Positions 48,550 to 64,000 of a stretch of DNA of 64,000 bases are shown piece by piece. Within the stretch, counting starts at the first letter, position 1; every line of letters begins with the position of its first letter. The notes below the pieces were generated by a model. The model did no database searches. It saw nothing but the letters and a program-made list of their open reading frames with translations, and was not told the DNA's origin. A program made the position numbers and the translations under genes. Source of the DNA: the human T2T-CHM13v2.0 reference genome, Homo sapiens. The DNA is taken from the NCBI RefSeq assembly GCF_009914755.1, contig NC_060934.1. One strand, 5' to 3'.

Positions 48550-48735
48550 TCCTTTACATATAATAGGTGATTCAATCCTTGCAACAATCCTAAGCGTAGT
48601 ATTATTATTACCTCATTTTATGGATGAAGAAAATTAGGCTCATAAAGATTAAGTAACTTACACAAGGTCACTTAACTGCCTGGGAAGTAAATCCAATTCT
48701 GTAGGACAACAAAGCCAAGACTTTTCACCGCCCTG
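48550..48735 (-). mobile_element. MIR
   Basis: CATTTTATGGATGAAGAAAATTAGGCTCA...AAGTAACTTACACAAGGTCAC. Confidence 0.7.
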
Positions 48736-49064
48736 CTCAAATTCTAATAAGAATGAATTACAGATACAGGTGAATCCATTATATTCAGTGAATGTAAGTT
48801 TTAGGCAAGATGTTGTCCATTCGCAGGATTTACATTTTAAGATTTCATCTTCAATTGTGGAACAAAAGTTGGGGTCCCAAATGAAAAGGATAGGAGGCAG
48901 CAGGCAGGAGAGGGCTGGGTGACAGTGGAATTATAGATTCTTCTTTTAGAATGATGAGTGGATGCTCTGAAAAGATTGCTAGGCTCTGCCCTACCTCCTC
49001 CAGAGAGATCCAGAAGGAAGATCAGCCCAGGGCTGCCTGGGTGCCCCTGTCAAACCTATTTTCA

Positions 49065-49343
49065 GGCAGGGCACAACGGCTCACGCCTGTAATCCCAGCA
49101 CTTCGGGAAGTCGAGGCGGGCAGATGGCTTGAGGTCAGCAGTTTGAGACCAGCCTGACCAATATGGCAAAACCCCATCTTTACTAAAAATACAAAAATTA
49201 GTGAGGCATGATGATGCATGCTTGTAGTCCCAACTACTCAGGAGGCTGAGGCAGAAGAATTGCTTGAACATGGGAGGTGGAGGTTGAAGTGAACTGAGAT
49301 CGAACCACTGTACTCGGCCTGGGTGACAGAAACAAACAAACAA
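49065..49343 (+). mobile_element. AluS
   Basis: 14-bp TSD AAACCTATTTTCAG; terminal GAGACTCCGTCTC missing. Confidence 0.93.
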
Positions 49344-49921
49344 AAACCTATTTTCAGAACCTGCACATATTTGGCCAACTTTCTTAGCAACTTTCCCTGT
49401 GGCCCAGACCCCCACTGTGACCTAACACAGCTGAGTACCTGGAGCTTTTCCTCCTGCTCTCCAGCCTCGGTCCTCACATCTTAGCCTTTCCCCTTCCTCC
49501 CGTCTCTTTTCCTTATCTGGCACATATGACGCTACTTCTAATAACAGTAGCAAACAGAGGATATTTACACCCTACATATGTTAACTCATTCAATTCTATT
49601 TTCTTAGCATTTAGAAATTTTAAAAATGCCATAATCCTCCCTTTGTTCTCATCCCAAAGTGCATTCTTAGGTTCCTTGTATCACCTTGGCCTCTGACAAC
49701 ATTTGTGACAACACAAGTGCATCGCCAGAATGTATCTTCTTTGCAAGCATCTTCTTTGCAAGCATAGGTAGTGTTTTCTCCTGAATTCTTCTGTTGCCTC
49801 TACTCTGCTCCTCCTTCACCTCCCCACCTCTCCACCACTCACCTTCTCCTAAGAGCTCTACTCTGTAGCATTTGCTGCATGTTCCAGACCATTCCAGGAG
49901 CTTGCCTGTGAAGTCATTAAT

Positions 49922-50222
49922 TCTTTCTTTCTTCTTCTTCTTTTTTGTTTTTTTAAAGAGACAGGGTCTTGCTCTATCACCCAGGCTGAAGTTCAGCAGT
50001 GCAACCATGGCTCACTGTAACCTTGAACTCCTAGGCTGAAGCCTCCCAATTAGCTAGGACTACAGGTGTGCACCACCATGCCTGCCAAATTTTTTAATTT
50101 TTTGTAAAGATGGGGTCTTGCTATGTTGCCCAGGCTGGTCTCAAACTCCTGGCCTCAAGCGATTCTCCTGCCTTGGCCTCCTGAGTAGTTGGGATTATAA
50201 CTGTGACCACTACACTGGACCT
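49922..50222 (-). mobile_element. AluJ
   Basis: Diverged Alu reverse complement; TSD TTAATTCT. Confidence 0.9.
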
Positions 50223-51260
50223 TAATTCTATTTTCTCCCACCCTCCTTCTTTCTTTTCCACCACATATTTGCAGAATCGTGATTGTCCCTCAAAAGTGGC
50301 TCCAAATGTTTCTCTATTTATTTAAGGAGTAAGGTCATCAGCCCTGAAATCCAATTCTGGCCATAGACACATCTCTCCAGGCTGTGTTGGTAACTAACCT
50401 GTCACTTGGGAAGAGCCATAAATGATAACAGTTGCACCTCATGCCCTCGCACTCCCTCACTGAGAGAAGTCTATGGGCCACATGGAGGCTGCAGGCAGAG
50501 GCTGCTCCTGAGCTTCTCCCCTTCTCTCCCATTCCTTTCGAGAGAAAAAGAAAAGCCCTCAGCAGAGCTCCCCGAACCTCCCTGGGCCAAAGGATGAAAC
50601 AAAGAATATATCTTTACAACACACCATAAGTCACCATGAAACTCAGGCCATCATTTTCATGGTTTTGATAAATATGAGCTGTGCTGAAATTAGAGATCAT
50701 AAATTTGGGAGCCAAGAGGAGTTGACTTAGATTTAATAGAACAAACTGCTACATGAAATCTGTCTTATTAAAGTTAATTAAAGGAAGTGGAAATGGTCAT
50801 CTATTAACAGAATCTAGCCCTCCAAGGAATATCGTTTGTGAATACAAATCCCTTCATATATACATGTGGGTATGATGTGTGTAGATATATAGTGGGTCTA
50901 TATTTATATATATTTCATGATTTAAATAATGAGACTCAAATGTATTTTTTCTCATCTGTTAAATTACAAATGTCTAAAATAAAAAACGTTATAAAGGTCT
51001 AGAATCAAATAATATTTCATTGTATGGTAATATAGATTAACTATCATAAAGAATAAAATTTTATAAATTTTTCCTAGTACCCACACGCCCACATATGCAC
51101 ACAGAGTAGGCCTGTTTTCCCATGTTATGTTTGCCACCCTTTCCTGGACAATTAATGCAGGACATATTTTAAAATGTCACTATCCAAAGACATTAAGGAA
51201 TCCCTTACAGACTTCTGTCTTCCAGATCACTAATATCTTAAGAAAGCAAATGTAACAAGG

Positions 51261-51500
51261 TTATTTTTTAAATATTAAAAAAAATTTTAAAAATTTTAAA
51301 AATTAAAAATAAAAATATTTAAAAAAAATTAAAAATAATATTAAAAATATTAAAAATAAAAATAAGAAATTAATAATAAAAAAAATTAAAAAATAAAAAA
51401 TATTTTAAAAAGAAAATAAAAAATTTTAAATAAAAAATAATAAAATAAAATATTTTTTAAATATTAAAAATAAAAAAAAATTAAAAAAATAATAATAATA
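51261..51500. repeat. Near-pure A/T low-complexity tract
   Basis: 240 bp with only two G and no C. Confidence 0.95.
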
Positions 51501-52061
51501 CATTCAAAAGCAGAGATAGTTACCTGTGCTGTCTTAAATCATTTTGGGAAAAGTGAGCCTGCTTTTGAATATAGCTCATCATGAGTTTTATATTTAAATT
51601 AACCTCCTTATTTTTTATCTTCAAACTCACCAACTGATGGATCCCAGCTTGCAGTAGTTAATCCTACGGATTTAGGAGAATTCAGGCCATCATTCCAAGA
51701 CCTGGACTCCTTTGCATAGTTTCTGCTCTTATTGAGGGCTGAGCCCCTGTGGTGCATGAGCTGAAGGAACAATTAAAGATGAAGAGAAAAAGGAAAAAGA
51801 AGTTTCTTCAACTGAGTTGCCTAAATCAAAAAGCTGGTGCATGCCAAAAAATTTGCAAATCAAATCACTACACACTAGTCTAGAATGTTAGCAAAAGTGT
51901 TGACATAGGGCTTAAATTGCTGTAAGCTATATAGAGAAAGTGTCTGTCTGTTTATCTATTTGTTTACAAAATCAAAGTGGAAGGCTTTGGGGATTAAAGG
52001 CAATGTCTGGAATCATACAAGAGTACAGCATTGTCTGTAGATGTGGTGGGATTTAAGTTAC

Positions 52062-52408
<347 letters not shown>

Positions 52409-52691
52409 TGATACCAGAAATGGAAACAACAGGTTTGAAAGGCAATTTGGCATTCTCAAGTAAAAGTCATAACACTTTTCATGCCCTTTGACTGAGAGAT
52501 TAGTCTTCTGAAAACTTACCCTGAAAGAGTGAGAAAAAAAAAACAACACAAGTGCCCAACGATTTCCATTGATTTTTATTTTCAAAAGCAAAGTCTTGGC
52601 CATATACTAGAGAATCTAACAATAAGGAAATGGTTTAAAAACTGAAGTACACTGTGCAAAATATGGCACGGTCATGAAAAATGTGAGCTGT

Positions 52692-53545
<854 letters not shown>

Positions 53546-55715
53546 AATCAAATTCTCTCTGCTGAATAATTAGTGTTAAAATAAATAAATATTAGTTTCT
53601 ATTTTTCTATAAATAATTAGTTTATATTTTCTTGACTGATTAAACAAAATCAAGGAATAAAAATGTATGTATAGTGAACACAACCACATGAAGCTATGTA
53701 AACAGTTCTCTGGGAAAAAGCATTGGAAGGAAATTTACCAAAATCTGAATCATGGTTGCGTTCAACCTGGTGTTAGGCTTATGAGTGAATTTTCTTCTCC
53801 CTTCACCCCTATTTTGTGAATTTTTGGGGGAAATATGGTTACATTACTTTCATAGTAAAAATATAAAATTATACATTTTTTAATGAGAAGATTTGATTCC
53901 AAGTATGAATAAAAGCGTATTTAGCCTGAAGAGAGTCTGGCCTGTAAAAATCAGACAAACTATAATCTGGGTAATGAAAAGTGACTGCAAATGTGATCAC
54001 AATTCCACTGGGGATAACTTTTGAAAAAGAGGAGCAGTAAAGACCAGAGTGAAGCAAGTGATGTCATAGCTCTCCAAGAACCAAAAAGGGTATGGTTCAA
54101 AACTAACAAAATGAGACGGTTGATGGGATCTTCCAGCAAATTCTACAAGCCTATTCCATAGATAACCCATGGACACTGGAAGAAAGCCTGGATTCACAGA
54201 GACCAGTTTATGCTAAATTCACCTTATTCCCTTTTATTGCTGGGTTATTATGAATTGATCATGTACTTGCTTATTTATTTATTCATTCATACAATAAACA
54301 TTATTACATAACTACTCTATTCCAGGAACCGCCTTGGTGATAGAAATAGAAAGGTGAACTTCTAGTAGGAGAGACAGGTAGATGACATTTAGATGCTATC
54401 AACATGTGTCCTGGAAAACAAATCATTCTAATTTAAACTTTTTATTTTACCCAGTAATATGCAAAATGGACATCTAAACCTCATCCCTGTGCCTCACCCA
54501 TCACTACCCCCACTCCAGTCCTGGTGGTGAGTGGATTACGGGCACCAGAGAGAGTTTCAGATGAGGCAGGGATTGACATGGGTGGGAGTGAGGGGTGGTT
54601 CAGGGGTGCAGTGGGGTGGGGTTAGGCACCATCTGGCAGCCAAAACACATAAAACCAAGTGGCATATGTTTTTTCACACTTGCTCATCTCAGCAGGGGCC
54701 ATCAATCACTCTAAATAAGATGTCTGCTCATTCTCTTGATTTCATATGAATCTCAACTGGTCCACAATCAGATTCTCTGAATTTTTCTTTAATGTTGCAG
54801 TGGTCAAATGCATTTACTTTCTAGTAATAAAGAGATTCAGCTGTTTAGTCATGGAACCCATTCTATTTTTAATGTGGACATTCTTGTTTTTTTGGTATTC
54901 TTTCTTACTTGGTTTATCTTATTGATTAGATATATATAGGAAATTGGTGTGGGTGAATATTTGTCTATAATATGATCTTCCATTCTCAGCCCTAGACTAA
55001 AATAAATGTCTAACTGTTCTTTTAGTATTCTCTGTTGTAGAGCTCCATCTTAGCTAATGTTCTAAAGCTTTATTAAAATGATGGTTGGAGGGACAAGTCT
55101 CAAATCTCTTAGAGATTAACCCAGGTATAGCTTTTAATATGTCTTTATCCCTTTTTCCTCCAGTGATAAAGAGACTATACCTATAAAAATTACAAGCCAC
55201 TTAGAAATGAATAAAATGGAAAAAGAGTTTTCCACAATCAACGGTGGAGGGTGTTGAAGATGGAAGAAGGGAGAGGGTTCAGGTTGATACTGGGTGACAT
55301 AATAGAGATTTTACTTTTTGACATGGCTAAGTCAGTAGGGCTGCAAAAAATGCTCTGCTTCCGGGTGGACAAGACCCCTACACGAATCTTTGTAATAAAG
55401 TGTGGTAAGGACTCTAATGAGGGAATAAGAGGGAAGCTGTGAGCAGCAGGACAGGGTTGGGGAGGAGTGGTGGGTGGGACGTGAGGCTGAAGGCTGGGGC
55501 TAGACCACAGGTCCATAGTACCACGCTTACCATTAAACAACAAACAATTTATGCAGATCCCACCATATTTCAAAGCATATAAAGTGGCCTATTAAAATAT
55601 ATATAATACAAGAAGATCAAGTATAAAAAAGTATGTCGTGAACTTGGGGCAAAATAATTAAGGATAGGAAAATAGGATTAACCCACGAGTAAGGCTGGTC
55701 TAAAATCAATATTTG

Positions 55716-56030
55716 AGCCAGGCAAGGGGGCTCGTGCCTGTAATCCCAATGTTTGGGAGGCCGAGGTGGGAGGATTGCCGGAGGCCAGGAGTCTGAAACC
55801 AGCCTGGCAACATAGTGAGACCCTGTCTCTATTAAAAACATTTTTTTAAATAAAGATTAGCTGGGTGTGGTGGTGGGTACCTGTAGGTCCAGTTACTTGC
55901 GAGGCTGAGGGGGAGGATCACTTGAGCACAAAAGTTCAAGTTTACAGTGAGCTATGATTGCGCCACTGCACTCCAACTTGGGCGACAGAGGGAGACCCTG
56001 TCTCTAAAGATAAAATAAAATAAAATCAAT
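55716..56030 (+). mobile_element. AluJ
   Basis: Diverged Alu; TSD TAAAATCAAT. Confidence 0.9.
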
Positions 56031-56564
56031 TTTGTTGAAATATGCAGAAATATTTGTAGGAGTTCCTAGGCATTTGCTGAAAATGGACTACAAGTTAGGT
56101 TCCAAGCTTTCAGGTGCATACGCAAAACAGATACAAGAAAAAGAAAAAAAGAAAGCAAACTCTGATCACATTGTCAATTACATAAATTTACAACCCAGTC
56201 ACCCAGATAAAGCATAACTCTTCCTGGTACTGAGATTAGAAAGAATATTTTCCTCTTGGGTCTTCATGAAGAAGGCACTGGGTGATACAGTGATAAGTAC
56301 ATCAATGGCCTTTTTAAACGACAAAAGGCAATGCATTCTTTGGAGATATTTCTTATATCAGTATTCGAAGGAAGCTGAAGTCAAAATACTATCATCCAAT
56401 TCATTAAAAGAAACTCTGTGACAGTAAAAATCCTGTGGTATGAGCATATAACTTATCTCAGAGAGAATATTAGAGTAGTAGTTCCTCTTTTGAGTTGTGG
56501 GCCACTTTGGAAAACTTTCCATTCACTCATTTGTTAAAAACAAATGTGTGCAGAGATTTCACTC

Positions 56565-57030
56565 TATTCCAGGCTATGGCAGCCTTGCAAATGGGCTGCT
56601 CAGGTATCCTGCTGTGGGGAGCCCCTGTCCCCTCCATTCGGGGTCCACTGCCATACTGGCACCAAGGCCACCATCCCTGGAGCTGCTCCCAGTCCCTGCC
56701 AATGATGGAGCACAGTAGATCCAGGTGACAGTGCTGACCCAATACTGCAGGATGCAAGAGTCCTTAAATGGGCAACTTTGGCTGGAGGACATCCCATGGG
56801 CTTATAGGAAACTGCCTTAGAACTGCGGTTTGACAGTCTTCCCACCCGATCTCCCTTCTTTCCCTGTCCCCCTTCATAGGGTTCAACCTGAACTGTGGTG
56901 GGAAGGCTCTCCCTGCCTCCTCCTGCTACCTCCTGTGGTTCTTCACAGTGTTTCTCCCAGTAAATCTCTTTTGCATCTGATCTCATTTTGTCACCTGCTT
57001 TTTTGAGGAGCCAAACTAACCCACACACTG
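56565..57030 (+). mobile_element. LTR16-like ERVL LTR within an L2 remnant (~56520-57420, minus)
   Basis: ...CCCAGTAAATCTCTTTTGCATCTGATCTCATTTTGTCACCTGCTTTTTGAGGAGCCAAAC; L2-like ATTCACTCATTTG 3' end to the left. Confidence 0.55.
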
Positions 57031-57683
57031 AGGATTTCACAGTTACCATGACAGTCAGGGGTCCTGCCCACAGGGAAGAGACAGACTACAAACAAGGCAA
57101 CAAAGACATAGCTGAGATGGCTCCCAGATAGTAATTAGTGCTCAAAAGGAAACAAGACAGGGTTATGGGAGAGAGAATGAAGGGAAGCCTACTTTAGGTT
57201 AGGGGATCAGGAATGGCCTCCCTTGCTAAGCTGACACCTAAATGTCAGGCTCATGTGAGGCAGGGGAGAATTAGTTTGGTGTGTTTAGGGACTGCAGGGA
57301 TGTGTGGAGAGTAGAGAGAGGCAGCAGAACACAGGTGGCATGTGAGATCAGCCCGGTGGGCAGGATGAGGTTGTGTAAATCCTGGGGAGGAGCTCAAATT
57401 TTATGTTAAGTGTGACAGGGAGATTAAAAGTATGGGTATAATTTTAGGGATATTACAGACCTCATAAAATTTGTTCTTAAGTGTAGACTTATATAGATAA
57501 CAAGTGAAATCCATATGTTTTGGGCAATTTTCCATAAACACTATCTCTTCTCCTTAAAAAAAATTTATTACTTTTGAAAATATGCTACACATTTATAGTA
57601 AAATTTAAAAGTGCTAAATATACAGAAAAATACAAAAAAGAAAATATAATCATTCCAAGTGCACTATCTGGTAAAAATAACAA

Positions 57684-58157
<474 letters not shown>

Positions 58158-58982
58158 TTATTGACAGTGTTTGGATGGACATCCCTCTAGGCATCTTTAT
58201 GCCTTTCATACTGATACAAATAGATGTAATACATACTTTTATACATATTACATGTAGGTACTTATTGTATGTGCTATTCTGAGACTTGCTTTTTATCTCT
58301 CCTTAACATGCTGTAGACATATTAAATATTTCATTGATCCTAATAAAAAAAAAAAAAAACGTTTGCACGCCTGAAATTGATTTGCGTCTTACAATCCATG
58401 TGATGGTGTCCGGCCAGGCAGCAGTTGCTCCAGGCACATTCACAAAAACATCAAAAGGTTCAGAATGGATGCTAATGACTTAGGAGAAAAGCCATGAGCA
58501 AGAGGTGAATTTTTCTTTAAACCTTAGAAGCAAAATTATTGAAGGAGGAGTGTGGGAGATGATTTATTGAAATCGAACTGATTTATCAATATTTGCGAAG
58601 TCCAAAGTTGGCCAATCCTACATAACTGCAAAGTCAGGAGCTTGATGGATTTACCTTTTTAATGTATTCTTTGAAAAGTCAGCATCCAAACTCTCTTGAT
58701 GGCAGAGAGGACAATATAGCATAGAAATCCATGGACACTGATGATTCTGAGTTGATGAGCATCTGGAAGGTTGGACTCTAAATGAGAGGCACTTTCAGGA
58801 ACATACAAACAAATTTATTATGCTTATATATGTTTTCATGTATGCACAAGAGCAATATATAATAAAAATATGCCTATGTTTAAAGAGCTAGTTAGTGGAA
58901 AATAAAAATTCAAGGGAATAAGAAAGCTTGTGTCATTTAATTGATAGCATTTTCTTACTATCATAAAATAATGATGTATCTT

Positions 58983-59269
<287 letters not shown>

Positions 59270-59756
59270 AAATAATGATGTATCTTAAAGATGAAGTTAT
59301 CGCAGATTTGATGGAATGCAATAGACCCCTCCCCCACTTTAAGGTTGCTCCATATTCTACCATGTGGTATATTCCTTAATTTATGTGCCCTGCCCTCTAT
59401 TCATGGACATTTGGGTCATTCTGATTTTTCCCAAACATAAACAGCGCTGCAGGAAATCTTTTTGTGCATACATCCTTTCATACTTTTGTGATTTTCCCTT
59501 TAGAGTAATAAACCAAGTTTTGATAAGTGTCAGGTTGCAGGCATTTTGAGACGATACACTTTGGTTGGTTGTGCCTGGAGTGCCACCATTTCAGAATGCC
59601 AGGGACTAAAACTTTACCAGTCAGTCAGCTGTGGGAGAAGTGACAATATCCTGTGAACACTGAGGGCCTAACAGGAACATGCCCTGCCTGGAAGAGAGTC
59701 ATCTCTTATTGGAGTAGATTGAAGGGGAAAATTGTGGGCAGGGCAAGACTGACTGT

Positions 59757-59805
59757 TCATCCATCCATCCATCCATCCATCCATCCATCCATCCATCCAT
59801 TCCAT
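59757..59805. repeat. (CCAT)n microsatellite
   Basis: About 10 CCAT units. Confidence 0.95.
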
Positions 59806-60690
59806 AATGTTACTCCGTGTAAGCCACTGGGCTAAGTGATGATGTAGAAATCACCCCTGCCCTCTGGAAGATTACTGTACCTTGTAGGCCAGGCTAAGGA
59901 GTTTGAACTTTATCTCAAGATGTCTTTCATTTTGTTTTTTAATCCCTAAAGCACTAATTAAAAGGTTTTAAGCAGAGAAGTGTCATAATCAGATTGAGTT
60001 TGTCTGAACCAAAATGCTTGACAATTGATAAAGTTGATGGGTGGCAGGAATAGGAGTCCACCTTTTGGAACCATCCGTCTGAAGAGAGGGGATCTTCTCT
60101 GAAAGTTACGTTTAGCCAAAGCTTTTGAATCAACTGCACTATATTGAAAAGCATTGCTGAGACCTTGTTAGAAAACAGCTTGGAATCCACAAAGTTTGGG
60201 TGCAGCTGACCTGGGTCTGTCAAGCGAGAAAAATGAAACTCCCACATCAACAGCAGAATTCAACTGCCAAGATGTCCCTTATCTTTGTTCTGTGGTTAGC
60301 TCAGCCTCAGAACCCCTGGTCCTTGGCCTTGGTATATGCAGTTTCTCTGATTGAGAAGAGAAACTACTAGAAGAAGATGCCTAGATGACTCTTCCTGCTT
60401 TTAGCATACCTGACTCAGGCTGATTATTAAGTCTTGGCTGCAATGTCATTTACTCCAGGAAACCACCTAGATTAGGTCAAGAGGTGTTGCCAGGTGCTTC
60501 CATGGCTCAGTACATCTGCTGTCACCAATTACTTAGCACATTTTCAGAAAATTGCTTGAAGGGCCACCACCATAAGGTGGTACAGGCCATGCGTTGTTGG
60601 GGAGGCACCATTTAGACCACATTCTATGTGAATAATGTCCCCTGAAGTTGGGCAGTGCACAGCCTGCACAACTGTACATTTCCACCTTGA

Positions 60691-61032
<342 letters not shown>

Positions 61033-61134
61033 TAGACTGTCAACTCCAGAAGGAGTGGGACCATATCTTTCTTGCTTATGATTCTATTCCCTATACCTAG
61101 CACTATTGCTATAAGTAACTATTAGGTGATTAAT

Positions 61135-61165
61135 ATTTTATTTATTTATTTGTTTATTTATATAT

Positions 61166-61204
<39 letters not shown>

Positions 61205-61490
61205 TTGGAGACAGGGTCTTGCTGTTTCACCTAGGCTGGAGTGCAGTGGTGCTATCATAGCTCACTGAAACCTCGTACTCCCGGGCTCAAGCTATCCTCC
61301 CGCCTCAGCCTTTCAAGTAGCTGGAACTACAGGTGTGTGTCACCATACCCAGTTAATTAAAAAAATTTTATGTAGAGATGGGGTTTCACTCTGTTGCCCA
61401 AGCTGGTCTCAAGCTTCGGGCATCCAGTAATCCTCCCTCCTCAGCCTCCTACAGTGCTGAGATTACAGGTGTGGGCCACCGAACCTGGCC
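61135..61490 (-). mobile_element. AluJ with (TTTA)n tail
   Basis: Tetramer-expanded tail followed by diverged Alu. Confidence 0.9.
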
Positions 61491-62002
61491 AACATTTTTC
61501 CTTGCTGATACCTACAGTGGTGAAATTTGTGACCTTCACACTCGGATTTATCATACCTAAATGTTTTCAAGGCAATGTGTTTTAATTAGATTTAAATTAG
61601 TATGCTCCTCAGTGGATCTTCCCATCTGTGTTTTATATGCTGCTGTGTTAACAGGAAAAGACTCCCCCCACCCCCCGCCATTTCCCAATAACATTTCACA
61701 AATTACTCGCTAGAAGGGCAAGCCTTACAATTGCAGGAACATGAACTAAGACCGGTTTTTAGGGCTCAACAACCTATTGACAGGGGATGAAAGGAGAAAT
61801 TTCTCTCTTGAGGTAGTGCAGGAATAATCAAATATCAAAAGTTCCACCCAACAGCATAGGCTTATATCTCAGTGCTCCCTCACCCTCCTCGCCTGCAAGG
61901 CAGTCCAGGCAATAAAGTCTTTTCACTGGGCACATTATTGGTAACAAGAGTGAATGGATGCCGTATAGGCAACAAGCAGTCCTGTCACAGGCTCTAAAAG
62001 AA

Positions 62003-62314
62003 GGCTGTGCTGGTGGCTCACACCTGTAATCCCAACAGAGCCACTTCAGAAGGCTGAGGTGGGAGGATCCCTTGAGCCCAGGAATTCAAGACCAGCCTGG
62101 GCAACATAGTGAGACCTATAACTCTACAAAAAAAAAATTAAAAATTAACAGAGCATGGTGGTGTATGCCTGTGGTCCCAGCTACTTGAGAGGCTGAGGTG
62201 GGAGGATTGCTTGAGCCTGAGAGTTAAGGCTGCAGTGAGCTGTGATTGTGCCACTGCATTCTAGCCTGGGTGACAGAGCAAGACCCTGCCTCAAAAAAAA
62301 AAAAAAAAAAAAAA
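62003..62314 (+). mobile_element. AluJ
   Basis: Diverged Alu with long A tail. Confidence 0.9.
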
Positions 62315-63269
62315 GGAGGCAGAGGCTCTGCCAAATGAGAGTAAATGATCACTTTCTACCCACTCAGCTTAGAATATCTACATAAATGAAAGCTTTTTAT
62401 TTATTTATTTTTGGAGGATCTATTGTTCTGGCCACTAGGGTTGAATAAAGACAAATCATCTTCCACATCTCTTCTCCCAGAGGCCCCACATGTACGTAAG
62501 TTACAATTCTCCACTTTGGTGAATACACCCATTTCTAAAACGATGATCCCAAAGGAGGAACTCCTTACCTCCCATATGGCTCTAGGCTGGTGTCCCCAAG
62601 ATCACCGAAGACTAATGATATGTGGAAGCAGGAAAGATCACATGCCCTTTCCCAAGAGCAATGTAAGAATTTGGAAAAATCATGTCCTGTTTCCTCCTGT
62701 AACTCAAGGAAGCCACTTTCATAATTTACAGCAAAAGCAAAAAAACAAAACCAAGCAACAACAGAAACCTCATGCCTTGAATGCCTATGGAGAGAGGGAG
62801 AAGAGTGTGAGTTAGAAGAGACTTCATGCTGGGCTCATGTTGGTTCAGAGGAGGTGATGAAATCATGATTAGATGGCTGCTGGAAACACTGGACTATGAA
62901 TTTGCTGAGGGTCCCAGAGAATGGATTTGTTCGCTAAGGGAGAAAAGGGGTAGTAGAAACAAATAAATTCTTGGAGGGTTTCATTCATGTCTGTTCACTT
63001 GCCTGGCTGTATAAGTTAACCAGAACCAAAACCCTTATTGGTGAATCCATGTCTTCAAGGACCCAATCCGTAGACAATAAAAGTGTCCATCCATTTGAAA
63101 AATAAAACGAATAGTGTATAACTAAAAAACACACATGAAAATGATCTACAATGATAAATCTTTGGTAGCCAATAGGCTAAAGACATGTTTAAATTTGTCA
63201 CTATTTATGATATAATTGAGATATGTTTTCTTCCACCCGAAATTAAATTTTGCAATTTAATAGAACTCA

Positions 63270-64000
63270 CTCTGATGAAAAGAACATTTATTCAATAAGA
63301 AAGTTATTTCTTTGCAACATTAATCATCTCAAGCTCATGGTTTCTCCAGAGGGATGATCCCCATTTGCTTTTCCATTTACATTATCTTTAACAGGAAACA
63401 AATGACTTTGCTGGAGTTGTATCCTCACTAATTCTCTAAGATTAGGAACTTAGAAATATGACAGGCTTTATGGCTTCCCCTTGGGCATCATAATCACTAG
63501 TGTAAATGATGACATTTGCTTTGAGTGCAATGAAAACTACATTAATGAAAATGACCAGGCTGAAGTGTTCCCAAATGCTGATGGAATTCAAGGAAAAAGC
63601 CTTATTTGTGAGCTGCTTACATAATTGGAAGATCATGACTGACATTCACTACTGTAACAATGACAGACTCGATTCCAGAATTTCAAATAACACTGTAAGC
63701 GTGTTGAGAAAAATGAATAATCCTTGCACTTTTAGACACAGCTATGCATTAAACATCTTAAAGAATGCTCTTAAATCTATAACTATTTGAAATGATCAAT
63801 CAAGTCTTTGCTCTGGCAAAAGCCATCCATCAAAGTAATTCTTTATACATATCAACAGTCTTAGGTCCCAGTGAAATGTACATTTCCCAGCAGGTGTATT
63901 TCCTCTTTCCTTCATAGCCAAGATGGCAAACAAATGGTGCACAGGTCTCCAAACGCTGGTCCTTCTCCCATGGCCGGCATCACTAATCAATCTTGGCACC
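63270..64000 (-). other. Possible terminal exon/3' UTR of a minus-strand gene lying beyond the window
   Basis: Repeat-free unique sequence; minus-strand AATAAA at 63292-63287; U/GU-rich tracts downstream on minus; no ORF support. Confidence 0.3.

Overview
Primate (human-like) nuclear DNA: Alu-dense, mostly intergenic, and with no credible intact protein-coding exon. The supplied ORFs are mostly Alu/L1/LTR read-throughs or GC-rich chance ORFs. The left end (~830-1900) is a CpG-island promoter (CRE palindrome, NRF1, GC boxes, E-boxes) whose gene most likely runs on the minus strand out of the window. The right end (~63270-64000) may be the 3' UTR/poly(A) end of another minus-strand gene. I could not name either gene. 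Between them are ~30 Alus, a 4-kb L1M fragment, short L1 3' ends, MaLR/ERV LTRs, MIR/L2 remnants and DNA-transposon fossils. The most notable structures are: (i) a decayed hAT-Charlie transposase still readable from BED finger to dimerisation domain (~24180-28640), split by an MSTA LTR that itself holds a full LTR12C with a 9x CCAAT array; (ii) a second three-level nest, Tigger2>MSTB>Alu; (iii) a MADE1 hairpin of the miR-548 type; (iv) an AT-rich palindrome cluster; (v) a CTCF-like motif in an old LTR. I found no convincing new biological system. Repeat family names come from recalled consensus sequences, not from a database search.
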